DNA from: Heterodontus francisci | Lineage: Eukaryota | Direction: 5' to 3' | Assembly (NCBI RefSeq): GCF_036365525.1 | Contig: NW_027140807.1 | Coordinates: 186,001 to 250,000, forward strand | DNA: 64,000 nt | Shown: positions 26,057 through 39,294 of the stretch, piece by piece | Layout: each line of letters begins with the position of its first letter | Position numbering within the stretch: position 1 is the stretch's first letter | Translations under genes and position numbers: made by a program | The notes under the pieces: generated by a model | The model's input: only the letters and a program-made list of their open reading frames with translations | Database searches by the model: none | What the model was told of the DNA's origin: nothing

Positions 26057-26891
26057 TGATACTACAAGCGCAGAAATAGACAGCGGTGTGAGATGGAGCG
26101 GCGTCTCTCAGTGCCAAAGGAAACAGTGTATTGCTGGATCTGACTGCCTTAAATGACTCGGACGTGTAATTGGTAACAGACCCTTCTGTAGCAGAATAGA
26201 ACAGAGCTTCCAGTGCCCTGTCTGCTTGTTGTCTGTACCAGTACATATAGGAATTGGCAGTATTGGTCAGCGTGCATCTGAGTGTTGTCGACTCCCCTGC
26301 AGCAATCGATAGGATAGAGGGTGACTGTTCCACATAGGAGGAGAGTATTCCTGTGGGACGGAACATCGATTAGATTATTATTTCAGTCAATAATGGATTG
26401 GAGCAGGAGCTGCATTGCAAGAAAGAGAGGGATTACATTAATATATCGCCGTTCAGGACCTCAGGACCTCAGAAAGGGCTTTGCAACCAATGTAGTTACT
26501 CCCTCAGTACTGCCTCTGCGACAGTGCGGCACTCCCTCAGTACTGCCTCTGCAACAGTGCAGCACTCCCTCAGTACTGCCTCTGTGACAGTGCTGCACTC
26601 CCTCAGTACTGCCTCTGCGACAGTGCAGCACTCCCTCAGTACTGCCTCTGCGACAGTGCAGCACACCTTCAGTACTGCCTCTGTGACAGTCCAGCACTCC
26701 CACAGCCCTGACACCTGGGGTGTTAGTTTTGACTTTGAGCTCAAGTGTTCTGGAGTGAGACTCTGACACAGCAGTGTTATGGAACAGAATCACCGCTGAC
26801 TTTACAATACATTATTCGACACAGTTTCTGACTTTGACTTACGTGGGAAGAGTGCAGCCATCAAGATTAGACAGAGAACTTTATGCAACAT
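26057..26891 (-). CDS. TRBV: TCR V segment, family A copy 4, apparently functional (leader 26843-26891, V exon 26057-26350)
   Basis: Leader MLHKVLCLILMAALFP. Intact V ending YFCACSI. RSS at 26018-26056 is CACAGTG-23-GCAAAAACC. Confidence 0.92.
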
Positions 26892-29800
26892 GATTTCTTC
26901 ATTCGATACTAACTCGATGCGTGAACGTGTGGAGTTTTCAACAACACACTTGCAGGCGGCTTCTATATTGTATCCAATTAAATACCCAGCATCCGGTTGT
27001 CATTGTGATTGGCAGTCACTTACTGCGACACTCTGCTCCACCCCATTACATTGGTTAGCAATGTTGTAGAATGATACAACACAGGAGGATAGGGGGAGAG
27101 TGAATAGAGGTGTTCACATTTCAGAAAGCGCTTTGATAGAGTAGAATTCAGGGAAAAACACTCCATACCCAGAGAGTGTGCCCATCCCTTATTGCCTCTG
27201 AGAAGGTGGTAGTGAACCATCTTCGGGAATACCTGCTAGGCCATATCAGAGGGCAGTTAGTAGTCAACTACATTGCTGTGGGTCTGCAATAAGATATAGG
27301 CCAGACCGGGTAAGAATGGCAGATTTCCTTCCCTGAAGGTAATCAATGAAGACGTTGGGTTTTTACGACACTCCATGTTCATGATTACTCATAGTGTCTC
27401 TGATAGATTTTTATTTATTTAATTAATTGAATTTAAATTGCATTTCTGCCCCAGTGGGAATTGAACTCAAGTCTGGAGATCATTAGTCCATGCCTCTGGA
27501 TTTCGAGTCCAGTAACATAACTGCTCTGCTGCCGAACCAGCGTGGTGAATGGGAGTTAAAGGGTTAAATTGTTCACTGGTCTGAACTGCTAATTTCTTTG
27601 AAAAACACATCAAATGTGACTGGAGTCTGAGATGAAAGTGGGTAAACAGTTTTCAGCAGCTTATGAACTCGCTGTCAGGAGGCAGGTGTCCCAGAGATGA
27701 AGGTATCTGGAGAGGGTATCTGAACAGTGTGAAACAGCGCTCAGATGGTTAATGGTTCTGAGCTGAGTTAGTTCCTGTGAATTGGGGAGTTGTTCGCCTC
27801 TGTGTAGTGAAGGTTAGAAAGAGATTAACCATCTGTTACCAGGGATGAGGGACTTCAGTTACTGTGGGGAGACTGGAGAAGCTGGGGGTTTCTCTCCTTC
27901 GAGCAGCGAAGGTTAATGGTGGATGTGATACAGATATTGGAGATCAGAGAGGATTTTGATACGTAATTGATGACAAACCACATCTTCTACTGGTCAATAT
28001 ATAGAAAATCTATGAAAAGACGGTCATTCATTACATTACTGCAGTATGTTTAATTAGTTCATTCAAACTGTAATCACCGAAAGATAGAGTTTGATACATA
28101 CAGAGACAGAGAGCTAGATAACCAGGTAGAGAGATAGATAGATAGAGAGTCAGTCAGGTTGACAGATAGATATAGAGAGAGGTAGAGATATAGAGAGATC
28201 GAGGGAAAGTCATGTAGGTAGAAAAATAACGAGCGAGATAGAGAGACAGTCACTGCCCTGTAAAAGACAGGGATGTTAATTGGCATTCTCTCATTTTACA
28301 CCAGCTTGGTAGCGAGAGTGAGAGAGTGGGATGGAGAGAGAGGGAGAGAGCATGATGGCGAGAGAGGCAGAGATGGATGGCGAGAGAGGGAGAGAGAGGA
28401 ATGGAGATAGGAAGAGAGAGGGATGGAGAGGAGCAGAGAGAGGGATGGAGAGTGTAGGAGAGAGAGGGATGGAGAGAGATGGAGGGAGAGAGATGGAGAG
28501 AGGATGAGAGAAGGATGGAGAGAGAGAGGGAGAGAGAGGGATGGAGACAGGAAGAGAGAGGATGGAGAGTGGGAGCGAGAGGGATAGAGAGAGAGGGAGA
28601 GAGAGGGATGGAGAAAGAGAGGGATGGAGAGAGGGAGAGAGAGGGTTGGAGAGAGAGAGCGATGGGAAGTTATCGATCAGTCATGATCTCAGTGAAATAA
28701 AGGATTACTGACCCGAAAGAAGGGTCACTGACCCGAAACGTTAACTCAGCTTCTCTTTCCACAGATGCTGCCAGACCCGCAATGTGGTTCCAGGATTTCT
28801 TGTCTTTATTTCATGATCTCAGTGAAGGTCGGAATGTTTCCGAGGTGATGAATGAACTCCTTGTGTTCCCAGGTCACTGTTAAAGTGTGTTTCAGACTCT
28901 GATGTTTATCATGGTCCAACAGCGCACTCTACTGTCCCTTTGGAGAAAGAAAACACAGTGACATAAAACCACACCTTCAATATCCATTCATCAATCCATC
29001 CATCTCTCTCTATCTTTCCCTCTCTCTCTATCTCTCTCTCTACTTCTCTTTATCTCTCTCTCACTGTCTCTGTCTCTCTCCCTCTCTCTATCCGTGTCTC
29101 TCTTTCTCCCTCTCTCTATCTATCTCTCTATCTATCAATCTCTCTCTGTCTCTCTCTATCTATCTATCCATCTCTATTTATTTCCCTCTCNNNNNNNNNN
29201 NNNNNNNNNNNNNNNNNNNNNNNNNNNNNNNNNNNNNNNNNNNNNNNNNNNNNNNNNNNNNNNNNNNNNNNNNNNNNNNNNNNNNNNNNNNNNNNNNNNN
29301 NNNNNNNNNNNNNNNNNNNNNNNNNNNNNNNNNNNNNNNNNNNNNNNNNNNNNNNNNNNNNNNNNNNNNNNNNNNNNTCATCTCTCTCTGTATCTCTCTC
29401 GATCTCTCTATCAATCTCTGTCTCTCTCGCTGTTGTTTCTGATCTTCACTTCACATATTAAAATCTTTAACAATCTCTCTAAGACCGCTGAAGGTTTACC
29501 CTTCATTCTTCTCTTTTCTGGAGCAAAGATACCCCGATATTCAAACTATCATGTTCGCTTTAAACTCTGTGTTCCTGTAAAGTCTAATTCGCAATTCCTC
29601 GGTGCTTCGAAATCTAACCTCTCACTTAGTAAGAGAGTAATTAGCGAAACATATGTGATGTTGGTCTTCAGAGAGGCAGAGAGAGAGAGAGGGAGGGAGA
29701 GATGGGCAGAAAGAGGAAGGGAGAGATGGGCAGAGACAGGCAGATTGTAGAACTTTTACATCGAACTGCGTTAAAAAATATCACAAATTTAAAGGGACTG

Positions 29801-31165
29801 TGCACTGATAAAGATGGCCACACACAACAACTAAAGTCACACACCATCCTGACTTGGAACGATATTGCACTGGGTCACAATCCTGGAACTCCCTTCCGAA
29901 CAGCACTGTGGGTCTACCTACCCCACATGGACTGCAGTGGTTCAAGAACATGGCTCACCACCACCTTCTCAAGGGAAATTAGTGATGGACAATAAATGCT
30001 GGCCTGGCCAGTGACACACACCTCACTCCAATCAAACAAATTAAAATTCAGCACCGAGTCACTTAAGCAGTTATTATGCAAGACGACCAAAATCCTGGTC
30101 AAAGAGCTTGGATTTAGGGAGCGTCTTCAAAGAGGGAAGAGAGTTAGTGAGACGGAGAGGTTTAGGAAAGGAATTCCAGAGTTCGGGCCTTGGCAGTTTG
30201 AAGGCACGGCCACCAATGGTGGAACGATTCAAATTGGGGATGTTCAAGAGGCCAGAATTAGCGGATCACAGATATTGGAGGATTGTGGAGCTGGAGGAGA
30301 TTGCAGAGATAGGGAGGGGTTATTTGTGGAAGACAATTCCAAAATTCTACCACCCTTTGTGTGTAGAAATGTTTATAGATTTCAGCCTGAAAGAATTTTA
30401 GATTAATTTTCTATTTTTAGACTGTGCCCCTCGTCCCAGGTTCCCCCAACCAGTGAGAAGATTTTCTCTCTCTCTACCCCATCAGCTTCCAGGATTATCT
30501 TATAAACTTTCATCAAATCACCCCTTAACCTTCTTAATTCCAGGGATACAGAGTAAAGCTCTGTCTACACGGTCCCATCAAATGCTGCCAAGCCAAGTTA
30601 TCTACAGAGTAAATCTCTGTCTTCTCTGTTCTATCAAACACTCCCAGGGCAGGTACAGTGTGGGGTTAGATACAGAGTAAAGCTGCCTCTGTATATGCCT
30701 CTCATTCTCCTCCTCCATCCAGATGGAGAGAGTAACAGTGAGAAAGACAGGGATACATATAGAGAGAGAATAAGAGAGAGAGGGAAGGATAGCAATGGGG
30801 AGAGAGTACCAGAGAGAAAGAGGAAGAGATTGGGATGGAGAGTGTCGGTCAGTGTTCCTGCAAAGCTGTGTGCAGCAGCCTGGAAGGTACCACGCAGGTC
30901 CTGTTCCCTGATAAATTACACACGTCTGCAAAGATTCTTCAAATGTTTAAAGGGACTGTTCACGAAAAAGAAATGGCTACGAACAACAACTAAATTTTCA
31001 CGGCAACATTGGAGCCAGCTGCGGATACGGGTTTATTACCAGCCTGCATAAGGAAGTGCACCCTCTGCAGATGTGGTGTCACCGAAAGTAGCCGACTTAA
31101 AATGGCAAACTGATGTATGTGGAGTTTTACTGAGGTTCTGAGAGAGGAGAGAGAAACAAGCATAG

Positions 31166-31197
<32 letters not shown>

Positions 31198-33039
31198 CCA
31201 CACAAACACAGAAACAACAGTATAACTAAGGGACAGAGAGTGACAACAGAATATTTCAATTTCCAAAAGGCATCCGAGAAGGTGAATCTCAGATTTAAAA
31301 ATGAATAATTGATTTAACATCAACGTGCGTTTGCAGAAGACAGTTCCAAACTAACACCACCTTTAGTGTGTAGAGGTGTTTCCTAACTTCACTCCTGAAA
31401 GGTCTGCCTCGAATTTTTAGACTATGCTCACTCGTCCCAGAGTCCCCAACCTACCGAAATAGTTTCTCCCAAACTACCCCATCAGATCCACTGCATTGAT
31501 GCATTAAGGGAGAGAGAGAGAGAAAGATAGAGAGATGGGGTGAGGGAAAGAGAGAGAGAGAGAGAGAGAGACGGGCTGAGGGAGGGGGAGAGAGAGACAC
31601 AAAGGGTGAGGGGGAGAGAGAGAGACAGGGTGAGGGGGAGAAAGATAGAGAGAGAGGGAGAGTTAGAGAGAGAGAGATGGGCTGAGGGAGAGAGACAGAA
31701 ACAAGTTGAGGGAGTGAGAGAGAGAGAGTCGGGTGAGGAGGTTCTTCACTTTGGCAGGAAGAATAGAAACACAGAACATTTTTCAAATGGTGAGAAACGA
31801 TGAAATGTTGGTGTTCAGAGGGATTTGGGTGTCCTTGTACACAAAGCACAGAAAGTTAACACACAGGTACAGCAAATGGAGTGTTGGCCTTTATTGCAAA
31901 GGGGTTAGAGTACAAGAGTGAGGAAGTCTTGCTGTAATGGGACAGGGTTTGGTGAGCCCACACCTGGAGTACTGTGTACAGTCCTGGTCTCAGTACTGAA
32001 GGATGGATATACTTGTCTTAGAGGTGAGGAGGAGAGAGAGAGAGAGAGAGACGGACTGGGTGAGGGAGAAGGTGAGGATTAAAAAGTCCCAAAGGTGCTA
32101 CATAGGGTACATTATAAAACACAATCTGACCCCAAACCCACAGAAGTTGAGATTAAGGCTGATGACCAAACGCTTGGTCAAAAAGGTTAGTTTTAAGGAC
32201 CGTCTTTAAGCAGGAATGAGAGACAGAAAGACGGAGAGGTTGAGGGAAGGAATTCCCCAGTGTTAACAGGCAGTGACATTAATTCCTGATTGCTGGTAGA
32301 GATTTGTTAGGAAAGGGTATTAATGTTTACGGAGCAGAGACAGCTCGATGTGGAGAAGGAGTAAATCAGCCATGACCTGAGTGAATGGGCTGGACAGGTT
32401 GGAGGGGCCGAATGGCCTCATCCTGTCTTCCTCAGGGCTTTAGTAATATCACTGCCAATGTACTGATGGTTTCCTGTTCGAAAAGAGCTGACCAGGTCGG
32501 GGGTTCTCTCTGATCTCCCCTAAACCCTCCCGCCAGCCTTGGAACGACTCATAGATTCATGTCTAATGGAACTGAAACATACAAGATTCTGAGGGGACTT
32601 TACAGGGCGGATGCTGGGAGGATGTTCCCCTTGTGGGGGAGTCTAGAACGAGGGGGCACAGTTTAAAAATAAAGGGTCTCCCATTTATGACAAAGATGGG
32701 GAGGAATTTTTTTTATCTCAGTGGGTGGCTAGACTTTGGAATTCTCTTCCCCAGAGAGCAGTGGAGGTTGGGTCATTGAATATATTCAAGGCTGAGTTAG
32801 ACAGATTTATGATCGACAAGGGAGTCAAGGGTTATGGGGGGCAGACAGGAAAGTGGAGTTAAGGTCACTATCAGATCAGTCATGATCTTAGAGAATGGCA
32901 GAACAGGCTCAATGGGCTGAATGGCCTACTCCTGTTCCTATCTCTTCAGATCTTGTGTATAAAATGGAGGGTTTTCTCTCCACTTTTTAAGCCATTTTTA
33001 TAGCAGAGACAGGGCCATGTGTAATATAAACAGAGACAG

Positions 33040-36000
33040 GGTCTAGTGCAGACCTAACTAGTGCATTGATAACTGAGACTAGTGTAAAAGGTATTGAGGA
33101 TACAGAATTCTAAATATACATTCAGGGGAACCTTTTCAGGCCAGTACATAGCAAGGACAACAAGAGATGGGTCAGTTTTACACTTAGTTTTAGGGAATGA
33201 AGCTGGGCCGGTGGAAGGTGATTTAGAAAAAGTGGACTGGAAAAAGCTACTTGAAGGTAAATGAGTGTCAGAGCAGTGAGAGGGAATCATTTCAACTTGG
33301 AGGATTTATTATTCCAGAGTTATTTTTTATTTTCAGAGAAATTCAAATTCACAAGAACCCAATGTGGGATTTGAACTCCTGCTTTTTCAGTCATTAGCTC
33401 AGGCTTTCAGATTACAAACTGTAAAAGACATTCACCTTCCTCCTGTTGTTGTCTGACTGTCTCAGCTTTTGTATATTGTCCCCAATCTTGTTCTTTCATG
33501 TGTCTAAAGACTTTGATGTTATTCAGACATTGGTAAACCACTTCATTCTCTCAGGACATCGGCTTAAAGACATTCAGGGACACAATCCACAATCTAATTC
33601 ACACCCTATTCAAGCAACCAAAATCTTCAACTCCATTCAAACACCCCGATATCCTGTCCCTGCACAGATAACTGACAGTTCCACAAAGCAGGAATGTCTG
33701 AATGAGAAACCACATTTACCTGACACAATCCAAGCTCCAAATTGAATCATTAAGATATCGAAAATACCACAGAAATGTGACTTGTTCCTTGTAACAGTGA
33801 GACTGAAACATTTCAGGGAACTATTCAACCAAGAAGGATTCCGAGAAAAGTCAGGATCAGGATTGAAAGAGAGAGAGAGAGTGAAATGGGGAGAGAAAGA
33901 AAGAGACTGTCAGCTCCTGTATGTGTAAGGCCTCTCTCTTCCTGCACCCATTTTAACATTGTACCATTTAGTTTATATTGCCTCTCCCAGTCTTCCTTCC
34001 AAAATCCATCACTTCACATTTCTCAGCATTGAAGTTAACCTGCCTGTGTCTGTCCAATGATAGGTTGGATAGTAAACTGTCAAGAGGACATAAAGAGTCT
34101 ACAAAGAGATTTCGATAGGTAAAGTGAGTGGACAAACATTTGGCAGATGGAGTAGAATGTGTCAGGAAGAATAAATAGCAGTATATTATTGAAATGGAGA
34201 GAGACTGCAGAACTGTACGGTACAGAGGGATCTGGGGGTCCTGGTACATGAATCACTAAATGTTACTATGCAGGTACAGCGAGTGGTTCGAAGGCAAATG
34301 GAACTGTGTTGCTTATTACAAGGGGAATAGAATATAAAAATAGTGAAGTGTTGTTACAGCTGTACAGGACCTTAGACCACATCTGGAGTAATGTGGACTG
34401 TTTTGGTCTCCTTACTTAATCAAGGATATAACTGCATTAGAAGCAGTTCAGAGAAGGTTCACTCGACTGATACCTGGGATGAAGGGGTTATCTTATGAGG
34501 AAAGGTTGAACAGGTTGGGCCGATACCCACTGGAGTTTAGAAGAATGAGAGGTGATCTTATTGAAACATCTCAGGTCCTGAGGGGAACTGGACAGGGTGG
34601 ATGCTGAGAGGATGTTTCCCCTTGTCGGGGAGTCTAGAACGAGGGGACACAATTTAAAATGAGGGCTCTCCCATTTAAGACTGAGATGAGGAGAAGTGTT
34701 TTTCTCTCAGAGGGTGGTTAGTCTGTGGAATTCTCTTCCCCAGAGAGCAGTGGAGGCTGGATCATTGAATATATTCAAGGCTGAGTTAGATAGATTTATG
34801 ATCAACCAGGGAGTCGAGGGTTATGGGGGGCAGACAGGAAAGTGGAGTTGAGTTCCCAATCAGATCAGCCATCGAATGGGAGAGCAGGCTCGATGGGCTG
34901 AATGGCCTACTCCTGCTCCTAATTCATTTGTTTGTGTGTGTTCCATTTCACCAGACTGCCTCTATCCTCCTGAAGTCTGCTACTAGTCCCTTCCCTGTTT
35001 ATTACATTATAGATGTCACAAACATTGGTAAACATTGAAGTTATGCCCTGGAAACCCAAGTCCAAGTTATTAGTATATATCAAAAAGATCAGTGGTCCTA
35101 ATAAGATCCTCCACTGTATATCTCCCTCCAGTCTGAAACAACCATTGTCCACTCTCTCAGCCAATGTCATATCCACTCAGCCACTGCCCCTTTCATCCAT
35201 GGAGCACCAATATTGATAACTAGTCAATTAGGAGGCACCATTAAGTCCTTCCCATGAGGACACTGGTCCCAGACCTCTCTGCTTGCACTCTCCCATCAAA
35301 ATTCCCCAGACAGGTACAGCATGGATTAGATACAGAGTAATGCTCCTTCTACACTGTCCCATCCAACACTCCCAGGGCAGGAACATCATGGGGTGGATAC
35401 AGAGTGAATCTCACTCTACACTGTCCGAAACAGACAGAGAGAGAGAGACAGAAAGAGAAAGAGAGAAAGAGAGAGACACAGACAGACAGGGTGACAGGGA
35501 GTGAAAGAAGGATATTTAACATCGGATATAGGAAGAGGAGGAGGCAATTTAACCCCTCAACCCTGTTCCCGCATTCAATGAGATCAGGGCTGATCTGTGA
35601 TCTAACTAACACCATATATCCCACCTTTGACCCTTATCTCTTAATACCTTTTGTTAACAAGAATCTATCAATCCCAGATTTAAAAATTAACAATGAAGCC
35701 AGCATGAATTCCTGTTTGCAGAAGAGAGATCTAAAATGACAAAGAAATCCAAAGGAATGATTGGACAGGCTGGGGTTGTTTTCTTTGGAACAGAGGAGGT
35801 TGAGGGGAGATGGAGTTGAGGTGTATAAAATTATGAGGGGCCTCGATAGAGTGGATAGGGAGGACCTATTTACCTTAGCACAGAGGTGCATAAAAAAGGG
35901 CACAGATTTCAAAATGTCCACAACCAATATCATGAGGGTGTGATGGCTCCCGCAGTGGAATAGCTTGCTGGATGTTTAAAATGGAGGATATTCCCTCTGG

Positions 36001-36635
36001 ATCTCTCCGGATGTTTCTCTCTCCATATCTATCTCTTATATGTTTGTACACACAGCAGTGAAGGATTACATCAAATTATTATATCTGACATTCTCCCTTT
36101 CAATCCACCCCAACAATATCTCTCTCTCCAACCTTGTCCCTCTCTACAGCCCTCTCTCTCTGTCTGCATATCTAACCCTCTCTCCCTCTGTCTCTCTCCT
36201 AGTGTCAGAGATAGCAGGAGGGAGAGACAGAGAGAGGAAGACAGAGAGAGAATGTTGAAGGAACTGTACTCTCTTCCTAAGCTGTGCTGAACCTGCTCTC
36301 GGAGTGTTTGATGGGCTACATTAATCGGCCGTGTGCAGTCCTGTATCAGGCTGTGAAGAAGCAGAGCATGTTCAGTACACAACGGGTCAAAGGGAACGAT
36401 TCACTCCTCTCTGCTACTGGGAAGAGAGACTGACCTTAACATCAAGGCAGCGCTTGACCGAGTGTGGCCTGGAGGAGCCCGAGTAAAACTGAAGTCAGTG
36501 GGAATCTGCTGGTTGGAATCAAACCGAGCACAAAGGAAGATGGTTGTGGTTGTTGGAGGTCAATCAGCTCAGTCCCAGGACATCACTGCAGGAAAATAGA
36601 GACAAGATAGATGAAAACTTTCAGTCTGTCATAAA
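33040..36635. repeat. Left arm of a large inverted duplication (right arm about 61365-64000, continuing past the window)
   Basis: Near-identical ORF translations on opposite strands: 33054-33290/63753-63989, 33446-33745/63298-63597 and 36071-36382/61614-61910. Confidence 0.9.
34055..34930 (+). mobile_element. CR1 LINE 3' fragment inserted into the left arm of the inverted duplication
   Basis: Degenerate RT C-terminus (PHLE, QRRFTRLIPGM, SYEERL, RRMRGDLIE). Absent from the homologous arm near 62.99 kb. Confidence 0.75.
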
Positions 36636-37515
36636 AAGTCCATACAAATTGGAAATGGTTGATCTTGGAACCTTTAATCATGTCTCTGATGATTCATACA
36701 GTGCAAAGGCGAAACACCTCTCCAGATCCGTCTCTGACTGGAACACCTGCCTCCAGACGGCGGCTTCAGCATCTGTTCAAAACTGTTAATCCACTTGTCT
36801 CTCAGTCTGTCGGTGTCTTTTGAAGAATTTTCACAATGACTGCAGTTCAGTGCGGTGAAGAACTTAACCCTATAACTCCCGTTTAGCAGAAGGGGGGGAA
36901 ATGAAACTGTCTTGGCCCTGAAACAAGGCAGCAGGTTGACGGGTCTTATTGGATCATAGAATCATGCGGGATAAATCCAGGCCATTCAGCCCATCGATCC
37001 TGGCCTAGCTGTTTGAAAGAGCGACCTCCTCCCATCTCTCTTCATCTTACCCTATCAACAGATTCTTCTATTCCTTTCTCACTCATGTATTTATTCAGCT
37101 CCCCTTTAACTGCATCGTCTCTATTCGACCTCAACCCATTCCATTGGTCGCTAATTCCACATTCTCACCGCTCCCTGGGTTAAAGAACCTCCTCCTGAAT
37201 TCCCAATTGGATTTATTAAGTACTACCTTAAATTTATGATCCCTGGTTTTCATCTTCCCTGTCCAATTACTGCCACTCCCTGTTCTTTCTGAATATCCCT
37301 GCACTTGATCTTGCAGCGTGTCTGTCTCCTTCCCTACATTACAACAGTTACTGCATTTCAAAATATATTTGACTGGTTGAGGCTGGAGTGAAGCAGAGAG
37401 CTGTCGGGCCGAATGGCGCCGATCTGTGCATTAGCTTCCATCGACTTCTGTGCCACAAGCGCCAACACGAGTCGAGTAGAAGATTATAACTAATGGCTGA
37501 AACAGGTTCAGGGTC
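36636..37515. repeat. Direct duplicate of about 45473-46375
   Basis: Nearly identical sequence from AAGTCCATACAAATTGG to GGGTCTGAC. Confidence 0.9.
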
Positions 37516-38214
37516 TGACTCTGAAACGCCTGCAGAATCGGTGCTTGCAGTTACACCTGGAGCCACTAGGTGCCAGTGTTACTCCACTGTCGCCGCTGCC
37601 CAGAACATGCTCAGACAGAGTGAGCTTCACCCACAGCAGCTCCACAGGTCAACTTGGCTGCTTCTGAAATGTTTCACTTCTCAACTATTTCACACAAAAT
37701 ATTCCGGCAATGGAAGATGAGGTAGATGAGTTTTTAATCTGATCGTTTACGGGTCATTAAGTATCAATTATGTCAGTGCAACCTTGAAATATTTGCACCC
37801 AGATGCCAGTTTGTAGATTTCCAGGTTCTATTTTACAATTGCACTGTCCCAGGTGTTTGTAGGAAACTAGGAGAGAGCCTGAATGTCCATCCTGACTTTC
37901 GCACAACTCCCACATCTATCGTGCCAAGTGTAAAGTAACATTTTCCCCCCATGCTCCCTGTTTCCAGGTTGAATAACGGGAGATCTGGTGCTCACTTCAT
38001 GTGATCAAGTGAGAGACAGTTTTCAGAACAGAAGGCTTCACACTGACATGTTGTGATATCCTCACCCTGCTGGTGGAAGGGCTGTATTAATCAGGTCTGT
38101 TCATTGAGGAGGTGAAACTCAGTATGTTGAGGTTTTAAGAGCGGATTTGCTTTTGCAGAACATTGCAAAACATTAAATTAACACAGAAGCTGGAGAGAGT
38201 TCACCTTCTTAGGC

Positions 38215-38810
38215 AGTTCCCCGGGGTTGAGGATGACTTGCTTCCACTCCGGTTCAATGGGTTCTGAGATGGCTGATGAGTCCAGTGTATGATCTGCAGA
38301 CTCTGTCACATGAGGTGCAGGTGGTGCTTGTAGGATCAGGTAGGTGATTAGTTTGCAGGTTTGTGTGCTCCCTCCGATGCCTCGGCCTTACCTCTGCATG
38401 TTCCTTAAGTTCCTCGAGGTGTCCAATGCCTTCCCGTTTGTCCTTTCTCCATCTGGGCTTGGTCAGGAGCCATGTTCTCCAAGGAGTCGACGTGGATGTT
38501 TCATCTCTCCAGGGATGTTGTGAGGACATCTCTGAAGCATTCCCGCTGTCCTCCTGGGGGTCTCCTGCAACGACCAAGTTCTGAGTAGATCAGTTGCTAT
38601 GAGGAGTCTGGTGGCAGGAATGTGAATGACATGTCCCAGCCAGTGGAGCTCTTTTTGGGTGTTTCGCGCCCTGACACTAGACAGGTTGGTTTGGGAGAGG
38701 ACGATGCTGTTGGACTATCTGTCTTGCCACTGGATTTGGAGGATAATGCGGAGGCACCTCTGGTGCTACTTCTCCTGTGCTTCGAGGTGTCTACTGTCGG
38801 TTCTCCAAGG
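38215..38810 (-). mobile_element. RTE-clade LINE 3' fragment
   Basis: C-terminal CTSCDRVCRSYTGLISHLRTH* zinc-finger motif preceded by a degenerate ORF. Confidence 0.65.
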
Positions 38811-39294
38811 TAAGGTCAGTGTGGAGGTGTATTTGTGAGCAGTGACTGATGGGACAAAGCAGTTCAGAGTTATCCACTGTCTGGACAAAGAATCACACAC
38901 AGACTGACCTCAAACTCACGTAATTTTACCAAGGAGTCAAAGAGCAGGGCCTGATCCATAGTTTTATCCTCATGTACCTGGGTTTCACACTTGGACTGTA
39001 CATATTTTTTGGTATCCAACCTCCTTGGTTAAAACACACTGGGTGCACTGTGAACATTTCAGGTCTCCTCATACCTTGGTTAGACTTCATTTGGAGAACG
39101 GTGCACAGTTCTGGTCTCATTATACTTTGGTTGGACGAAGACTGGAGCACTGTGCACAGTTCTGACCACATTTAGATCACGGTATAGAACATAGAACATA
39201 GAACATAGAACATACAGCACAGAACAGGCCCTTCGGCCCACAATGTTGTGCCGATCCTTTGTCCTCTGTCAAGGACAATTTAATCTATACCCCA

